A DNA stretch of 50,807 nucleotides. Origin: Chloroflexota bacterium (lineage in GTDB: Bacteria > Chloroflexota > Limnocylindria > Limnocylindrales > CSP1-4). Below are positions 50,450-50,807 of this stretch, in pieces. The DNA lies in contig QKHE01000006.1 in the NCBI GenBank assembly GCA_003250155.1, forward strand, positions 1 to 50,807, in the 5' to 3' direction. A program made the position numbers and the translations under genes. The stretch's first letter is position 1, and every line of letters begins with the position of its first letter. The notes below the pieces were generated by a model. The model saw only the letters and a program-made list of their open reading frames with translations, ran no database searches and was not told the DNA's origin.

Positions 50450-50807
50450 TGGTGGAGATGGGGGAGAGTCGAACTCCCCGTCCAGAACCCTTCGCCAGCG
50501 TCCACTACGAGCGTGTCCGATCGTTTTCGTCGACCCCGGGGCCGAGGATCGGCACCCTTCCTCGAGGTCCAGTCACGTGTCCCTAGATCGGGCTTGGTCC
50601 CGGACTACGCGACGCTCGTCCGGTCTGCAGCCCCGCTGAATGACGCTTCCACGGCCCGCGGGGCGGAGGCCGCTTCCACGCTCACCTTACGGCCTTAGGC
50701 CGCGAGGGCGAGAGTCGACTGCTTGTTGGCAGGTACTTCGTTTTGCCGCCTGATTAACGAGGCCTGACGGCAACCTCGGCTCGCGTCCGCTGACAGCCAG
50801 ACCCTGT
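50450..50807 (-). ncRNA. ssrA: tmRNA (transfer-messenger RNA). The 3' end is intact and roughly 15-20 nt of the 5' end run off the window.
   Basis: The reverse complement of 50450-50479 is GGGGAGTTCGACTCTCCCCCATCTCCACCA, which gives a T-arm, acceptor 3' strand and CCA. The internal tag ORF on the minus strand at 50730-50698 reads GCC AAC AAG CAG TCG ACT CTC GCC CTC GCG GCC (ANKQSTLALAA), followed by the stop TAA at 50697-50695. The window end reverse-complements to ACAGGG..., matching the conserved ...TTCGACAGGG 5' region. Confidence 0.9.

Noticed and set aside
1-50807. A search for CRISPR arrays, transposases, IS inverted repeats, toxin-antitoxin pairs, restriction-modification genes or other recognisable defence genes, tRNA genes and rRNA genes.
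   Set aside because: I found none by inspecting ORF translations and intergenic regions. The only RNA gene I could support is the tmRNA. The only tandem DNA repeats are the in-frame 15-bp x5 array and low-complexity coding repeats.

Overview
This is a high-GC bacterial chromosomal window that looks actinobacterial or Chloroflexota-like. It is densely coding and contains the replication-origin neighbourhood. All homology calls below come from reading motifs in the supplied translations by eye; no database search was run.

Gene content from left to right:
1. The distal part of a complex I (nuo) operon, nuoH to nuoN (1-11390, + strand). The nuoI position is occupied by an unusual three-gene module of about 4.9 kb. 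The module consists of a NuoI N-terminal half fused to a Cys-less NuoE-like domain, a NuoF-like protein, and a fusion of a NuoG-type Fe-S domain, a GltD-like flavoprotein domain and a NuoI-like C-terminal half.
2. A sortase-like protein, a tetR-MFS efflux pair, and two tandem paralogous small membrane proteins.
3. A translationally coupled phosphatidylinositol / PI-mannoside operon: arsR, PIP synthase, ino1, two LpxL/PatA-type acyltransferases, a PHP phosphoesterase and pimA.
4. A glycosylation block: a 1775-aa ORF carrying two GT-C modules, an ArnT/PMT-like GT-C enzyme, a DUF2723-like GT-C enzyme and a GT2 polyprenyl-phosphate sugar synthase.
5. A bifunctional-nuclease-domain protein, a rhomboid protease and a degenerate PP2C-TM-propeller protein.
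6. The origin core: DUF721, recF, dnaN, a candidate oriC, dnaA, then divergently rpmH-rnpA-yidD-yidC-jag.
7. An ABC-2 exporter, an LLM oxidoreductase and a DHFR-family protein.
8. An ECF sigma / anti-sigma pair preceded by a frameshifted lipoprotein gene.
9. A 5'-truncated tmRNA at the right edge.

I saw no CRISPR array, transposase or integrase. The most unusual signal is the apparently split nuoI carrying an embedded non-canonical electron-input module. The second is the PI / glycosylation super-cluster, which includes a candidate PIP phosphatase and the dual GT-C ORF.
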